64,000 nucleotides of DNA, from positions 1,312 to 65,311 of the forward strand of contig JAEDGZ010000007.1 in the NCBI GenBank assembly GCA_016297215.1. Reading direction: 5' to 3'. Positions 36,892 to 46,333 of this stretch are shown here, piece after piece. Every line of letters starts with the position of its first letter. The first letter of the stretch is position 1. The DNA comes from Paludibacteraceae bacterium (GTDB taxonomy: Bacteria; Bacteroidota; Bacteroidia; Bacteroidales; Paludibacteraceae). The notes under the pieces were generated by a model, which saw only the letters and a list, made by a program, of their open reading frames with translations, was not told the origin of the DNA and searched no databases. A program made the position numbers and the translations under genes.

Positions 36892-36925
36892 AGGATTTTA
36901 GATAAAGGATTAAGGATGAAAGACT
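36892..36925. repeat. GGATDAA heptamer array in the GH32-GH32 intercistronic gap
   Basis: The sequence aggattttagataaaggattaaggatgaaagactc directly abuts the ATG at 36889. Confidence 0.85.
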
Positions 36926-36972
36926 CATATGTTTCGTCTCATTTCCAAATGGTCTCCAAGTCGGTTCGTTGT

Positions 36973-38625
36973 TTATTGTTGATACGAAACGACTTCCGAC
37001 ACGCTCAGAGTGCCCGAATAGCAGTTGATACTCCAACAGTTGCGGGCAATGCCATAGACACGGTTGGTGTAGCAAACATTATCGTTTACATACATCACCA
37101 AGACGGAGTTGTCGGTGTAGATATCTATGCGGTACGTGTTGTCAGAGGGGGTTGGGAAAGTGTAGCCGTCGATGTTGGCAATAAAGCCTTTGCCGTTTTC
37201 TCCCTCTTGCTCGAAGTTGATTTTGCGGCGGGTCTCGCTCTCCGGATTGAGCACTAAAGAATAGTACACGCCTGAGTCAGCCTCGCATACCGCGGAAGTG
37301 CCGCGACAAAGAGAGATACCAAACCTGTCGCTCGCGCCTTCGGTTCTCACCGTGAGGCGGATATGGTTGTGGTAGCCCAAGCGATTGAAGAGGAGATTGC
37401 TGCCCTCTTGCAGGACATACTTGCCGTCGGTTTCTTGCACCTCGCCTTGCCGACGCATCACCACCACCTTCTGCTCTTGGGCGTATTTCTGCCGAATAGC
37501 GTCCACCTCTCCGAGCGATAGGCTACCATCGGGATGCTGCACCACGCGGTGCGCCACCATGCTGCCTGCCCATTCGGGTGCTTGTTCACCCACATTGGCA
37601 TTGTCTTTTCCGCTACGGGTAGGACACCATCCCCAGAGATAGCGGTTCTGTCCATCGCTTGCCGTCTTGCCTGCATACAAGCCGCGGCTATCCAAGAAGC
37701 CCTCATGGTCATCGGGCCAAATACCTGCATCGTTTTTCGTGGTTGCTTTGAGTTCTTCGAGGGTACGCCCTTTGAAATACTGCACCCGACGCACCGCACT
37801 GTGGATCTCGCTATAGACGAGATACCACCATTCGCCCATTTGGAACACATCGGGGCACTCGTAGAAACGGTCCCACATCATGGTCATGAAGACCCCTTGG
37901 TGTGTCCAGTCGGTGAGGTTAGCCGATGTGAACTCCGCCAACACGCCTTTGCCATTGGCGGTGGTGGAGACGAGCATATGGTAAATGCCGTCATCGGTAC
38001 GGAAGATACAGGGGTCGCGGAAGTCGTTGGACGAATAGCCGTAGTCGCGCCCACGCAAAAGGAAGGTGCGGCTCTTGGTCCAAGTCTTGAAATCGGAGGA
38101 AACCGCCATCTGTACTATCTCGCGGCTATCCTCTGCTTGCAACAATTCGTAGCGATGACCTGTATAGAAACAGTAGTACAGTCCCTGCTCCTCGCTATAT
38201 ACGAAGCAGCCTGTACCCACGGCAGCATCCTGCTCGTTGATACCGCCGCAAGGGATGATTTCGTCCAGGGAGGTATAGTGCGCCACGTCTGCCGTCTCCA
38301 CGCCCCAAATAGGATGGTAAGTGCCTACGGGGTTGGGACGGAAATCTTGCAGGTAGCCAATCTTAAAGGTCTTGCTCTGAGGGTCGTAGAGCGGCATCAC
38401 ATCCCCCACATAGCCTGCATAGGGACGGTAATAGGTATCTGACTTCGGCTCATCGGAGGAAGCAAAGAGATAGGTAGTATGCTCCCAGTCGCGTTCGGGC
38501 ACGGGGACGATACGCTGCTCGCTGCATGCAGAAAGCAGGAGAAGGAGGAAAAAGGGACCAAAAAAGCCTACCCCAGCCCTCCCTAAAGGGAGGGAGAGAT
38601 TAGTTAGAAATTGTGCGGTTTTCAT
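36973..38625 (-). CDS. Glycoside hydrolase family 32, lipoprotein (surface endo-fructanase candidate)
   Basis: 550 aa with lipobox LLLLLSAC and GH32-type FRDPCIF and YECPDVF. The first block is divergent (MPLYDP instead of WMNDPNG). Its position is analogous to BT1760. Confidence 0.8.
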   Translation of the reverse strand: MKTAQFLTNLSLPLGRAGVGFFGPFFLLLLLSACSEQRIVPVPERDWEHTTYLFASSDEPKSDTYYRPYAGYVGDVMPLYDPQSKTFKIGYLQDFRPNPVGTYHPIWGVETADVAHYTSLDEIIPCGGINEQDAAVGTGCFVYSEEQGLYYCFYTGHRYELLQAEDSREIVQMAVSSDFKTWTKSRTFLLRGRDYGYSSNDFRDPCIFRTDDGIYHMLVSTTANGKGVLAEFTSANLTDWTHQGVFMTMMWDRFYECPDVFQMGEWWYLVYSEIHSAVRRVQYFKGRTLEELKATTKNDAGIWPDDHEGFLDSRGLYAGKTASDGQNRYLWGWCPTRSGKDNANVGEQAPEWAGSMVAHRVVQHPDGSLSLGEVDAIRQKYAQEQKVVVMRRQGEVQETDGKYVLQEGSNLLFNRLGYHNHIRLTVRTEGASDRFGISLCRGTSAVCEADSGVYYSLVLNPESETRRKINFEQEGENGKGFIANIDGYTFPTPSDNTYRIDIYTDNSVLVMYVNDNVCYTNRVYGIARNCWSINCYSGTLSVSEVVSYQQ

Positions 38626-40045
38626 AAGTGGTCAGTGGTTGGTGGTTAGTGGTCAGATAGTTGATGGCGTTCAGGGTCATTTGGTCGATGTTGCTATGGT
38701 AACCGGTATAGACTCCGTCGATGGAATACCAGTCGAAGCAGCCGGAGCCAATACAGAGGATGGCGGGCTTGTCTGCGGTGTGAGCATACTCCCATACGAC
38801 AACGGCACCGTCGCCTCCGCGGGCTATCGCCTTGGCTTGTGCGAGTTGCTCGAAGTCGGTAAGCGTAGGATATCCTCCCCAGTCGTCGCCTATGTGCCAC
38901 TGGGCAGTGGAGTTGGTGATACGGTAGCCCGCGTCGCAAGTGTAGATAGTGGCAGGGTCGGTGCCTTTGGCTAAGTCGACAAAGAGCGGATGATTAGCGT
39001 CCACGGCGAAGAAACTCCACGGCTCGTTGGTGGTCTCGGGTTTGTCTTCATTTCCTCCCCAGCAGTTGTTGGGGAAGCGGTCGGTGGGGTTGTTGCCGTT
39101 GAGGCTGAGATAGCCCGGCAGATAGGTAGCGTAGCGCGAGAGGAGCAATGTGCCTCCGTTGTCTATGTACTTTTGGAACGCAGCCACTGCTGCTACGGCT
39201 TCCTGGGCAGCATTCTCGAAAGCCGCCTTGCCGTCCACGCCGCCATCTCGATGGAAATGCCACCAAATAACCTTGCAGGCGGATAGTTCCACCTTGCCGC
39301 CGGCAAAATCCGTCAAAGAGCAATACTGCGCTTGCTCTATCTCGGAGAGCATCCAATCGCAGGCACGGCGCTCCTCGGGCAGCAACTGCTCTATCGTGGC
39401 GGCAGTGCCCACAAACAGTGCGGCGGGTGCATCCATCTTATCCACATGTACGGTATAGACATTGGTGAGCGTTTGGTTGGATACCGTATAGGTTACCGGT
39501 TTCGAGAAATCCGCCGGCACACCGCTCTCGGGCGAAACTACGGCACCATCGGACACCTTGATAACGGGTGTCATCGCTGTGATATTCTCGGAAGAGGGTA
39601 CATAGACACGTATGGTTTTGTCCTCTTGGTTGATACCACCCACATATCGACTATTCAGCACGAAAGAGGTAATCTGTGCCTTTGCGAAACGCACCATGAG
39701 CGTCCATTCCTGATAGACATCTCCGTTGGTAACCACGATAGCCCTATTCGTGAGCAGGTTGAGACTATCTCCAACGTTCACATCTGCCGTTGCGCCCGCG
39801 CTGACAGACAGTTGGGAAAGCACCATAGCGGACACCACATAGCCCTCCGGCACATAGACCGTTACCGTGCGGGCGGGAACATCTATGGTGCCCGCATATT
39901 GTTCATCCAGCACCAGCGACTCTATCCGGCAGTCGCCAACGATATCCAGATTGCCCGCCAAATGTCCTTTGCAGCCGGCGAACAGCAGGACAGAGACCAA
40001 GCATACCGTTATAACTTGACAATTTGACAATTTACAATTTCTCAT
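38600..40045 (-). CDS. DUF4960-like surface glycan-binding lipoprotein of the fructan PUL
   Basis: 481 aa with lipobox VLLFAGC and N-terminal Ig-like repeats. It lies directly downstream of susD, as the SGBP does in fructan PULs. Its last 26 nt overlap the next ORF. Confidence 0.65.
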   Translation of the reverse strand: MRNCKLSNCQVITVCLVSVLLFAGCKGHLAGNLDIVGDCRIESLVLDEQYAGTIDVPARTVTVYVPEGYVVSAMVLSQLSVSAGATADVNVGDSLNLLTNRAIVVTNGDVYQEWTLMVRFAKAQITSFVLNSRYVGGINQEDKTIRVYVPSSENITAMTPVIKVSDGAVVSPESGVPADFSKPVTYTVSNQTLTNVYTVHVDKMDAPAALFVGTAATIEQLLPEERRACDWMLSEIEQAQYCSLTDFAGGKVELSACKVIWWHFHRDGGVDGKAAFENAAQEAVAAVAAFQKYIDNGGTLLLSRYATYLPGYLSLNGNNPTDRFPNNCWGGNEDKPETTNEPWSFFAVDANHPLFVDLAKGTDPATIYTCDAGYRITNSTAQWHIGDDWGGYPTLTDFEQLAQAKAIARGGDGAVVVWEYAHTADKPAILCIGSGCFDWYSIDGVYTGYHSNIDQMTLNAINYLTTNHQPLTTYENRTISN

Positions 40046-40124
40046 ATTTTTCTTTGTTATCTGATATAGGAATCACTAACTAATCACTAACTAATCACTA
40101 ACTAATCGCTAACTAATCACTAAC
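40016..40124. repeat. Two adjacent microsatellite arrays at the susD/DUF4960 junction
   Basis: Array ttgacaat ttgacaat ttacaat ttctcat (40016-40043) encodes the first residues MRNCKLSNCQ. Array aatcactaact x5 lies at 40071-40124. Confidence 0.9.
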
Positions 40125-40147
40125 TTTTGACGGCTTATAGTCGCGTG

Positions 40148-41884
40148 TCACCATCCGCCGATGTTTTGCGTATAGTGCCCGTTGGATGCAGCAATCTGCG
40201 AATAGGGTATGGGCAGGTACTCGTCTTTGTTTTTCGTGAAATGCGCTCCGGCGTAGATAGCGCAGTTAGCAGCCTCGGTAGCGTAGTAGTTGTTGAGGAT
40301 AATGTCTGCTTCTCCCCAGCGCACGAGGTCGAAGAAACGCTCCGACTCCATCCCCATCTCCAAGCGGCGCTCTGTCTTCACCAGAGCCAAGGTTTCCTCT
40401 TGGCTGTATGTGCCTGTGTATTGCCCCACACTCATCTTCACCCCATAAGCCGTTTCATACCCTGCGAGGATACCCGTCTGAGCACTCTGCAAAGCACGCG
40501 AGCGCAGACGATTGACCAAGCCCACCGCCTCGGCGGCACCGCCTTCGTTCAATTGTACCAACGCTTCCGCACGCTCCAGCAACACATCCGCGTAGCGGAA
40601 CACGATACGGTTCATCGGGCTGCCCCACCACGAGCCTTTTATCAGGTACTCTGAGTCGGGGTCCACATTGTGCTTGAGCGAGATATTGTAACCATAGAGT
40701 CCGTTGGAGCGGCTCCATACGTTGGTCTTCGCCATCATATAGTTCGGATTGAACTCGTAGGGCAGCCCCGGCATGCCCACCGTGAGGAAGAGTCGCGGGT
40801 CAGCATAGTCGGTGGTCATGTCGTAGTTGGTAGTGTTGGTGTTCCCCGTCAGAGCAACAGGCAAGCCGGCAGCAGTGGTGCGATAGGCATTCACAAGGTT
40901 TTGACTGGGCTTGTAGAAATCGCAGCCGCCGTCGGTAACCCCCGGGATATTGGGCACGCAAAGACCGTAACTCCAATTGAGGTTGCCAAAGGTTGTGCCA
41001 TCGTCCATCGAATACTGGATAGCCCAGATACTCTCTACGCCGTTCTCATACTGCGGCTCAGGGCGGAAATTATTGTGGAAGTCCGGCTCCAAGCCATAGC
41101 CTGCGTACCATTGTTCATCGGAATAATAGAGCACCTTTTTGAGGTCTTCCTTGTCTGTACTCGTAACGGCATGGGACATGGGGTCGTCTTGGCGGTAGGC
41201 TTTGTAGAGATACACCTTGGTGAGAAAAGCAGCCGCAGCGGCTTTGTTGGCACGCCCTTGCTCGGGCTGCACCTGAGGCAGATGGGCAAAAGCGTACTCC
41301 AAATCGCGTATGATAAGCCCCCACCCTTCGTCATTGGTATAGGTAGTGTTGCTCAGCGCGTTGTATTCATCGGGAGACAGGTTCGCGTCCACCACAAACG
41401 GTATGTTCTTATACAAGCGTTTGAGCAGGAAATGACCATACGCACGCAGGAAATACATCTCGGCGAGGCGCGTATCACGCAGCGTGTAGGTACTATCCAT
41501 AGGCTCCAATACGGCAATAGCGGTGTTCACACGCGAGATACAATTATACAAGCGCACCCACATATCGTTGATGTTCCAGTTGGTGGTCAGCACTCCCTGC
41601 TGGATTTCCAACTGGTGAAATACATCGCCATCGGAGGTGCCGTTACCACCTTTGTAGGCGTCGTCGGAGCGTACATCGAAATTCCACATAGAGAAAGAGG
41701 AGTTGATGTCCTCCGCGGACATGAAGATAGCATAAGCCGATATGACCAACTCGTCGATGCGCTCGGGGTCGTTCACCTGCGTATCGGAAAGCGTACCTTG
41801 CGGCATTTGGCTATTGAGGAAGTCGCAACCTGTCAGCGACAGACCCGCCAACACAATGAAAGATATAATGATATGCTTTTTCAT
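40148..41884 (-). CDS. SusD/RagB family nutrient-binding outer-membrane lipoprotein
   Basis: 578 aa with lipobox LSLTGC and SusD-like TPR-type content. It starts 17 nt after the susC stop. Confidence 0.9.
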   Translation of the reverse strand: MKKHIIISFIVLAGLSLTGCDFLNSQMPQGTLSDTQVNDPERIDELVISAYAIFMSAEDINSSFSMWNFDVRSDDAYKGGNGTSDGDVFHQLEIQQGVLTTNWNINDMWVRLYNCISRVNTAIAVLEPMDSTYTLRDTRLAEMYFLRAYGHFLLKRLYKNIPFVVDANLSPDEYNALSNTTYTNDEGWGLIIRDLEYAFAHLPQVQPEQGRANKAAAAAFLTKVYLYKAYRQDDPMSHAVTSTDKEDLKKVLYYSDEQWYAGYGLEPDFHNNFRPEPQYENGVESIWAIQYSMDDGTTFGNLNWSYGLCVPNIPGVTDGGCDFYKPSQNLVNAYRTTAAGLPVALTGNTNTTNYDMTTDYADPRLFLTVGMPGLPYEFNPNYMMAKTNVWSRSNGLYGYNISLKHNVDPDSEYLIKGSWWGSPMNRIVFRYADVLLERAEALVQLNEGGAAEAVGLVNRLRSRALQSAQTGILAGYETAYGVKMSVGQYTGTYSQEETLALVKTERRLEMGMESERFFDLVRWGEADIILNNYYATEAANCAIYAGAHFTKNKDEYLPIPYSQIAASNGHYTQNIGGW

Positions 41885-41900
41885 ATTACCTATTACTTAA

Positions 41901-44900
41901 TCAGAAGTTCAACGATGTGCCTACGGTGATATTCAGTGCATTGGGATAGCCGTAGTTCGGGTTTTCAGGGTCAACGCCCGTGAACGAGCGGGAATGGATA
42001 GTGAACACGTTTTGCGCCGACACGAAGAAGCGCCAACGCTCCATGTGCAGTTTCTGCAAGGCTTTCTCCGGCAGGTTGTAGCCCAACTGGATATTCTTTA
42101 GTTTAAGATAACTACCGTCTTCCACCCAATAGGAAGATACGCGCTTCTCGTTGTTGTTATCGGCAATGGATAGCGCGGGAATATCCGAATCGGGATTGGT
42201 GGGGCTCCACGCATCCAGCAGGCGCGTTCCTTTGTTCAGATTGCTGATATTCAGACCGGACCAGAGGTCGGTCTCTTTCTTCAAGTCGGAGATGATATCC
42301 ACGCCCTGCACTCCTTGGAAGAAAAGCGTCAGGTCGAAGCTAAAATACTGCAAATAGATATTCAAGCCGTAGGAGATAGCGGGCACGGGGTTGTAAATCC
42401 AATCTTGGTCTGCCTCCGTAATCTTGCCATCGCCGTTCAGGTCTTTCCACATGATTCGTCCCAATCCCGCTCCCGTCTGCTCGGCATGGTTTTCGATATC
42501 ATCTTGCGAGCGGAAGATGCCTTCTGCCACATAGCCCACCTGTGCGCCCATCGGATGCCCCACTACCGACTTCACGCCATTGCCACCAAACGTACCGTTG
42601 GCAGCCACCGTCTCCGGCAGTTTGGTAATCATATTGTCGTAGTGCGACAGGTTGGCGTTGATATCCCATCGGAAGCCGTTGGTCTCGCCCCTGGTACCCA
42701 ACATCAGTTCCTCACCGATATTGCGCATAGAGCCGGCATTCACCCACTGGCTTGCCCCCTCACCCATAGCGGCAATACCCGCCATGTAGAGCAATATATC
42801 ATCTGTATTCTTGTAGAACCAATCGAAACTACCATACAACTTCTGCCCCCAAAGCGAGAAGTCGATACCGGCATTGGTCTGTGTGGTGGTCTCCCACTTG
42901 AGGTCGTCGTTGCCAATCTGCGTGCGTTTCATACCCGATGGCAAGGTGCTGCCACCGTTGGTGCCGGCTATGTCGTAACTCGTACCATAACTCTGTCCGC
43001 CGCTCTCGTTCACACCATAGCCGCTGACGTAGATGGTATAACGCGCCAAGTTGGAAATCTCTTGGTTACCCGTCTGCCCCCACGAGACACGAATCTTCAA
43101 GTCATCGAGCACGTGCTTGGTGGACTGCATCCAACGCTCTTCGCTCAGACGCCAGCCCAGCGAGACGGCAGGGAAAGTAGCAAACTGGTTATTCCGACCA
43201 AATCGGCTGGAGCCATCGCGGCGCACCGTGAGCGACGCCATATAGCGATTGTCATAAGAGTAGTTGGCTTTTGCGAAATAGGACAGCAGCGAGTAGCCCT
43301 CCGAGGAGCCGTATGCCTGCGCCTTGCCCGTACCCGCATCGGGCCACATATAATCGGGTGTGAGCAAGATATAGTCTTGTTTGTAGCCCGAGAAATACTC
43401 TGACTGCTCGCGGTTCAACTCCACGCCCACCATCACATCGCCGCGGTGCTTCTTCACATCGAAGTTATAGGTCGCTACGGCATTCCACATCCAGCGCATC
43501 CAGTGCTCCTGCTTGGCTTCCACCGCATTGGTCTCGGTAGCGACGTTGCCTTCCGTAACGGGATAGGTGAAGATACGCTGCTTCTTCTGCGAGTAGTCGA
43601 TACCTGCCGTTGTACGGATATGCAGCCCCTTATACGCCTCCACATCCACAAACGCGTTTCCGAACAGACGCCAATAGGTGTAGCGGTTGTCGGCATTGCG
43701 CTGCAAGCGCGCCACGGGGTTCTCTCTATCGGGGTAACCTCCCACGGGACCCGCGTATTCGCCATCCTTGGTATAGACCGGCAGCGAGGGATTGAACTGC
43801 AAGGCATTCTGCAAGATGCCCCCGGGTGCCTGCACCTCCGAGGTGCGGGACAAGGTGAAGTTCTCGCCGATGGTTACCCTGTCGTTGAGGAAAGAATAGT
43901 CGGAATTAGCACGCGCAGAGAATCGGTCGAAATCCGACTCCTTGATGACACCCATGTTCTTGTAGTAGTCCACCGAGAAGAAACTGCGTCCGTGCTTGCC
44001 GCCTTGGCTCACGGAGAGGTTATACTGCTGCACGATACCCGTGCGCGTGATTTGGTCGAACCAATCGGTGTCCGCTGCAGGGGTAGTGCCTGCGTCATCC
44101 AAATACTTGCGCATCTGCATACCTTTCAGCACAGGGTAGCCATTGGCGTCATAGCCCCATTGGTAAGCATAGCCCAAGCCGTTGGTGTTCGGGTCGAGCC
44201 CGTCATTCACATACGCCTGCCACAAGCATTGTCCGAACTGCTCGCTGTTGAGCACCGACATTCGATTCACATATTGGCTCGCCGTTACGCTGGCATCGAA
44301 GGTTACCTTCACCTTACCCTCCTCACCTTTCTTCGTGGTGATGATGATAACCCCATTTGCCGCACGCGAACCGTAAATAGAGGCAGAGGCAGCATCTTTC
44401 AGCACCTGGATAGACTCTATGTCGTTGCCGTTGAGTTCGTGCATGCCGCCTTTGGTGGGCACACCGTCAATGATATAGAGCGGATCGTTGTTGTTGAGCG
44501 TGCCGATACCACGAATACGCACGGTGGCGCTACCCGAAGGAGACCCGTCGGCAGAGATGTTCACACCTGCAATCTTGCCCTGCATGGCTTTCATCGGGTT
44601 GTTCTCGTTCTGCTTCTTCAGGTCGCCCACACTCACCACGCTCACCGCACCCGTCAAGTCTGCCTTGCGTTGCGCGGTATAGCCAGTAACGACCAACTCC
44701 TCCAACTGCTCCGTGTTCTCCGACATCAGTATTTCCATATTGGATTGGGCAGGCAAGGCTAAATCCTTGTAACCGATATAACTAACTAACAGAGTCGCAC
44801 TTTCTTGTACCTCCAGCACGAAGTTACCGTCAAAGTCGGTAACCGTACCGTTTTGCGTGCCCTGCTCCAATATGGAAACGCCGATGAGCGGTTCGCGAGA

Positions 44901-45005
44901 GGTTTCATCCGACACATTGCCTTGAATGGTCATAACCTCTGCGCACAACGTTAATATAGAGCAAACTATTAACGCGGCAACGGTCAATAATCGATGTTTC
45001 GGCAT
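41901..45005 (-). CDS. SusC/RagA family TonB-dependent receptor
   Basis: 1034 aa with an N-terminal carboxypeptidase-regulatory-like domain (IQGNVSDETSREPLIGVSI). A plug (TonB box region VVTGY) and a C-terminal beta-barrel ending in ..TVGTSLNF follow. Confidence 0.93.
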   Translation of the reverse strand: MPKHRLLTVAALIVCSILTLCAEVMTIQGNVSDETSREPLIGVSILEQGTQNGTVTDFDGNFVLEVQESATLLVSYIGYKDLALPAQSNMEILMSENTEQLEELVVTGYTAQRKADLTGAVSVVSVGDLKKQNENNPMKAMQGKIAGVNISADGSPSGSATVRIRGIGTLNNNDPLYIIDGVPTKGGMHELNGNDIESIQVLKDAASASIYGSRAANGVIIITTKKGEEGKVKVTFDASVTASQYVNRMSVLNSEQFGQCLWQAYVNDGLDPNTNGLGYAYQWGYDANGYPVLKGMQMRKYLDDAGTTPAADTDWFDQITRTGIVQQYNLSVSQGGKHGRSFFSVDYYKNMGVIKESDFDRFSARANSDYSFLNDRVTIGENFTLSRTSEVQAPGGILQNALQFNPSLPVYTKDGEYAGPVGGYPDRENPVARLQRNADNRYTYWRLFGNAFVDVEAYKGLHIRTTAGIDYSQKKQRIFTYPVTEGNVATETNAVEAKQEHWMRWMWNAVATYNFDVKKHRGDVMVGVELNREQSEYFSGYKQDYILLTPDYMWPDAGTGKAQAYGSSEGYSLLSYFAKANYSYDNRYMASLTVRRDGSSRFGRNNQFATFPAVSLGWRLSEERWMQSTKHVLDDLKIRVSWGQTGNQEISNLARYTIYVSGYGVNESGGQSYGTSYDIAGTNGGSTLPSGMKRTQIGNDDLKWETTTQTNAGIDFSLWGQKLYGSFDWFYKNTDDILLYMAGIAAMGEGASQWVNAGSMRNIGEELMLGTRGETNGFRWDINANLSHYDNMITKLPETVAANGTFGGNGVKSVVGHPMGAQVGYVAEGIFRSQDDIENHAEQTGAGLGRIMWKDLNGDGKITEADQDWIYNPVPAISYGLNIYLQYFSFDLTLFFQGVQGVDIISDLKKETDLWSGLNISNLNKGTRLLDAWSPTNPDSDIPALSIADNNNEKRVSSYWVEDGSYLKLKNIQLGYNLPEKALQKLHMERWRFFVSAQNVFTIHSRSFTGVDPENPNYGYPNALNITVGTSLNF

Positions 45006-45107
45006 TAGAATTTGAGTTTTTAATAACTTATGCAGTTAGCATGGTACTTACAACCAACTTTGCCAACTACATAAGTTACAAATTGATAATGATTGTTACA
45101 AAGACTA

Positions 45108-46037
45108 TTACTTATTGGTAACCATTACTTTTTTACCATTCACAATATATAGCCCATTGCTATTTATCGTCTCTACACGACGACCCAACAAATCATAGAT
45201 ACCTTCTACCAAAGGAGATACCTTATCCAGGCTTTGATAAGAAGTAGCCGTATTCTGCTTCTGTACAAGCACAATGTCGGTCATGTTAAAGGCTTCCTGC
45301 TCTTCTTTATTGCCTTGAATCATCAGGCGGTCAGAACTAACATCGTTGATAACCGTCAACGGATTCACCTTTGTCAAGTCCAATTCAACGAAATTCTGAC
45401 CACCCTCTGACTTATACTGCAAAGCATAATCTTCAGCCGGATCAATCGGACCTATTTTAGCAATAACACCGTCTTCTTTCCAGTTTGCCAACAAGTTCAG
45501 TACAAAACCATTCTCCGGTCCTTCGTGAAAAATACGCATAGAAGCGTATTTGCTCAAATCTTCTGCAGTCAAAGCCTCTTTGAAAAGTTCAAGCGTATTC
45601 CAAGTATCCACCCAGAAATAGCCCGTCCAGATAGTCTCGCCCATTTTCATGTTGCCTGCTTTGCCATCCAATATCTCTATCATTTTGATACCGAACGACG
45701 CACCGCAAAGTTCCATACCATACAATTTGCAGGTATCCAACATGGCTTGCGTCATAAAGCACTCATACGATTCTGCTCCAGCAATGTTGCTAAATCGACT
45801 GCCAGGTAATTTTTGACCATTCGATTTCAACTCAATCACATCCGTAGCATTATTCAACGTTAGTTTCAACAAGTTTCCCTGTTGGCAGGATGCAAAATAC
45901 TCCTTGGAAATGGTGAAAGTTTTTGCCCAAGTTACGACCGTGTCTGTCTGACCTTCTGCGGGAGTCCAAATAGTCTCGGCAGTTACCATTGCACAACTCA
46001 TTAAAGCAGTTGCAAGCATTAAGAATACTTTTTTCAT
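45108..46037 (-). CDS. Hypothetical secreted protein with a T9SS C-terminal sorting domain, embedded in the fructan PUL
   Basis: 309 aa with signal peptide MKKVFLMLATALMSCAMVTA and C-terminal tail EGIYDLLGRRVETINSNGLYIVNGKKVMV. It is visibly more AT-rich than its neighbours. Confidence 0.7.
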   Translation of the reverse strand: MKKVFLMLATALMSCAMVTAETIWTPAEGQTDTVVTWAKTFTISKEYFASCQQGNLLKLTLNNATDVIELKSNGQKLPGSRFSNIAGAESYECFMTQAMLDTCKLYGMELCGASFGIKMIEILDGKAGNMKMGETIWTGYFWVDTWNTLELFKEALTAEDLSKYASMRIFHEGPENGFVLNLLANWKEDGVIAKIGPIDPAEDYALQYKSEGGQNFVELDLTKVNPLTVINDVSSDRLMIQGNKEEQEAFNMTDIVLVQKQNTATSYQSLDKVSPLVEGIYDLLGRRVETINSNGLYIVNGKKVMVTNK

Positions 46038-46121
46038 GACTTTAAAATTTTAAGTGTTAGAAATTCTATTTTACATTCTCGGGCATAGATAGTACTCTAT
46101 TCCCATCCTGTTTTTCGGCAG

Positions 46122-46129
46122 CAAAAGTA
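46122..46129 (-). promoter_or_regulatory. -7 box TACTTTTG upstream of the PUL structural genes
   Basis: The reverse complement of caaaagta lies 85 nt upstream of ATG 46037. Confidence 0.45.
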
Positions 46130-46184
46130 GTGCATTTTTTGCATACAGACTATAACAAATGTTGCAACATATAGCACATTTGCT

Positions 46185-46223
46185 TCAAAATAAAAAGAAA
46201 CATCGCACGATGCAATGTTTCTT
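46185..46223 (-). terminator. Rho-independent terminator of the PUL regulator gene
   Basis: The stem gaaacatcgca / tgcaatgtttc is followed on the minus strand by tttttatttt. Confidence 0.7.
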
Positions 46224-46333
46224 GTACTGTCTGCAACATTTGTTGTGATTCGTATGTACTTCGTAGTTTTCGTACTTTATCGTACTTTTCGTAATCTACG
46301 TAAACTACGAAAACTACGTTTGCCAAACGAAAA

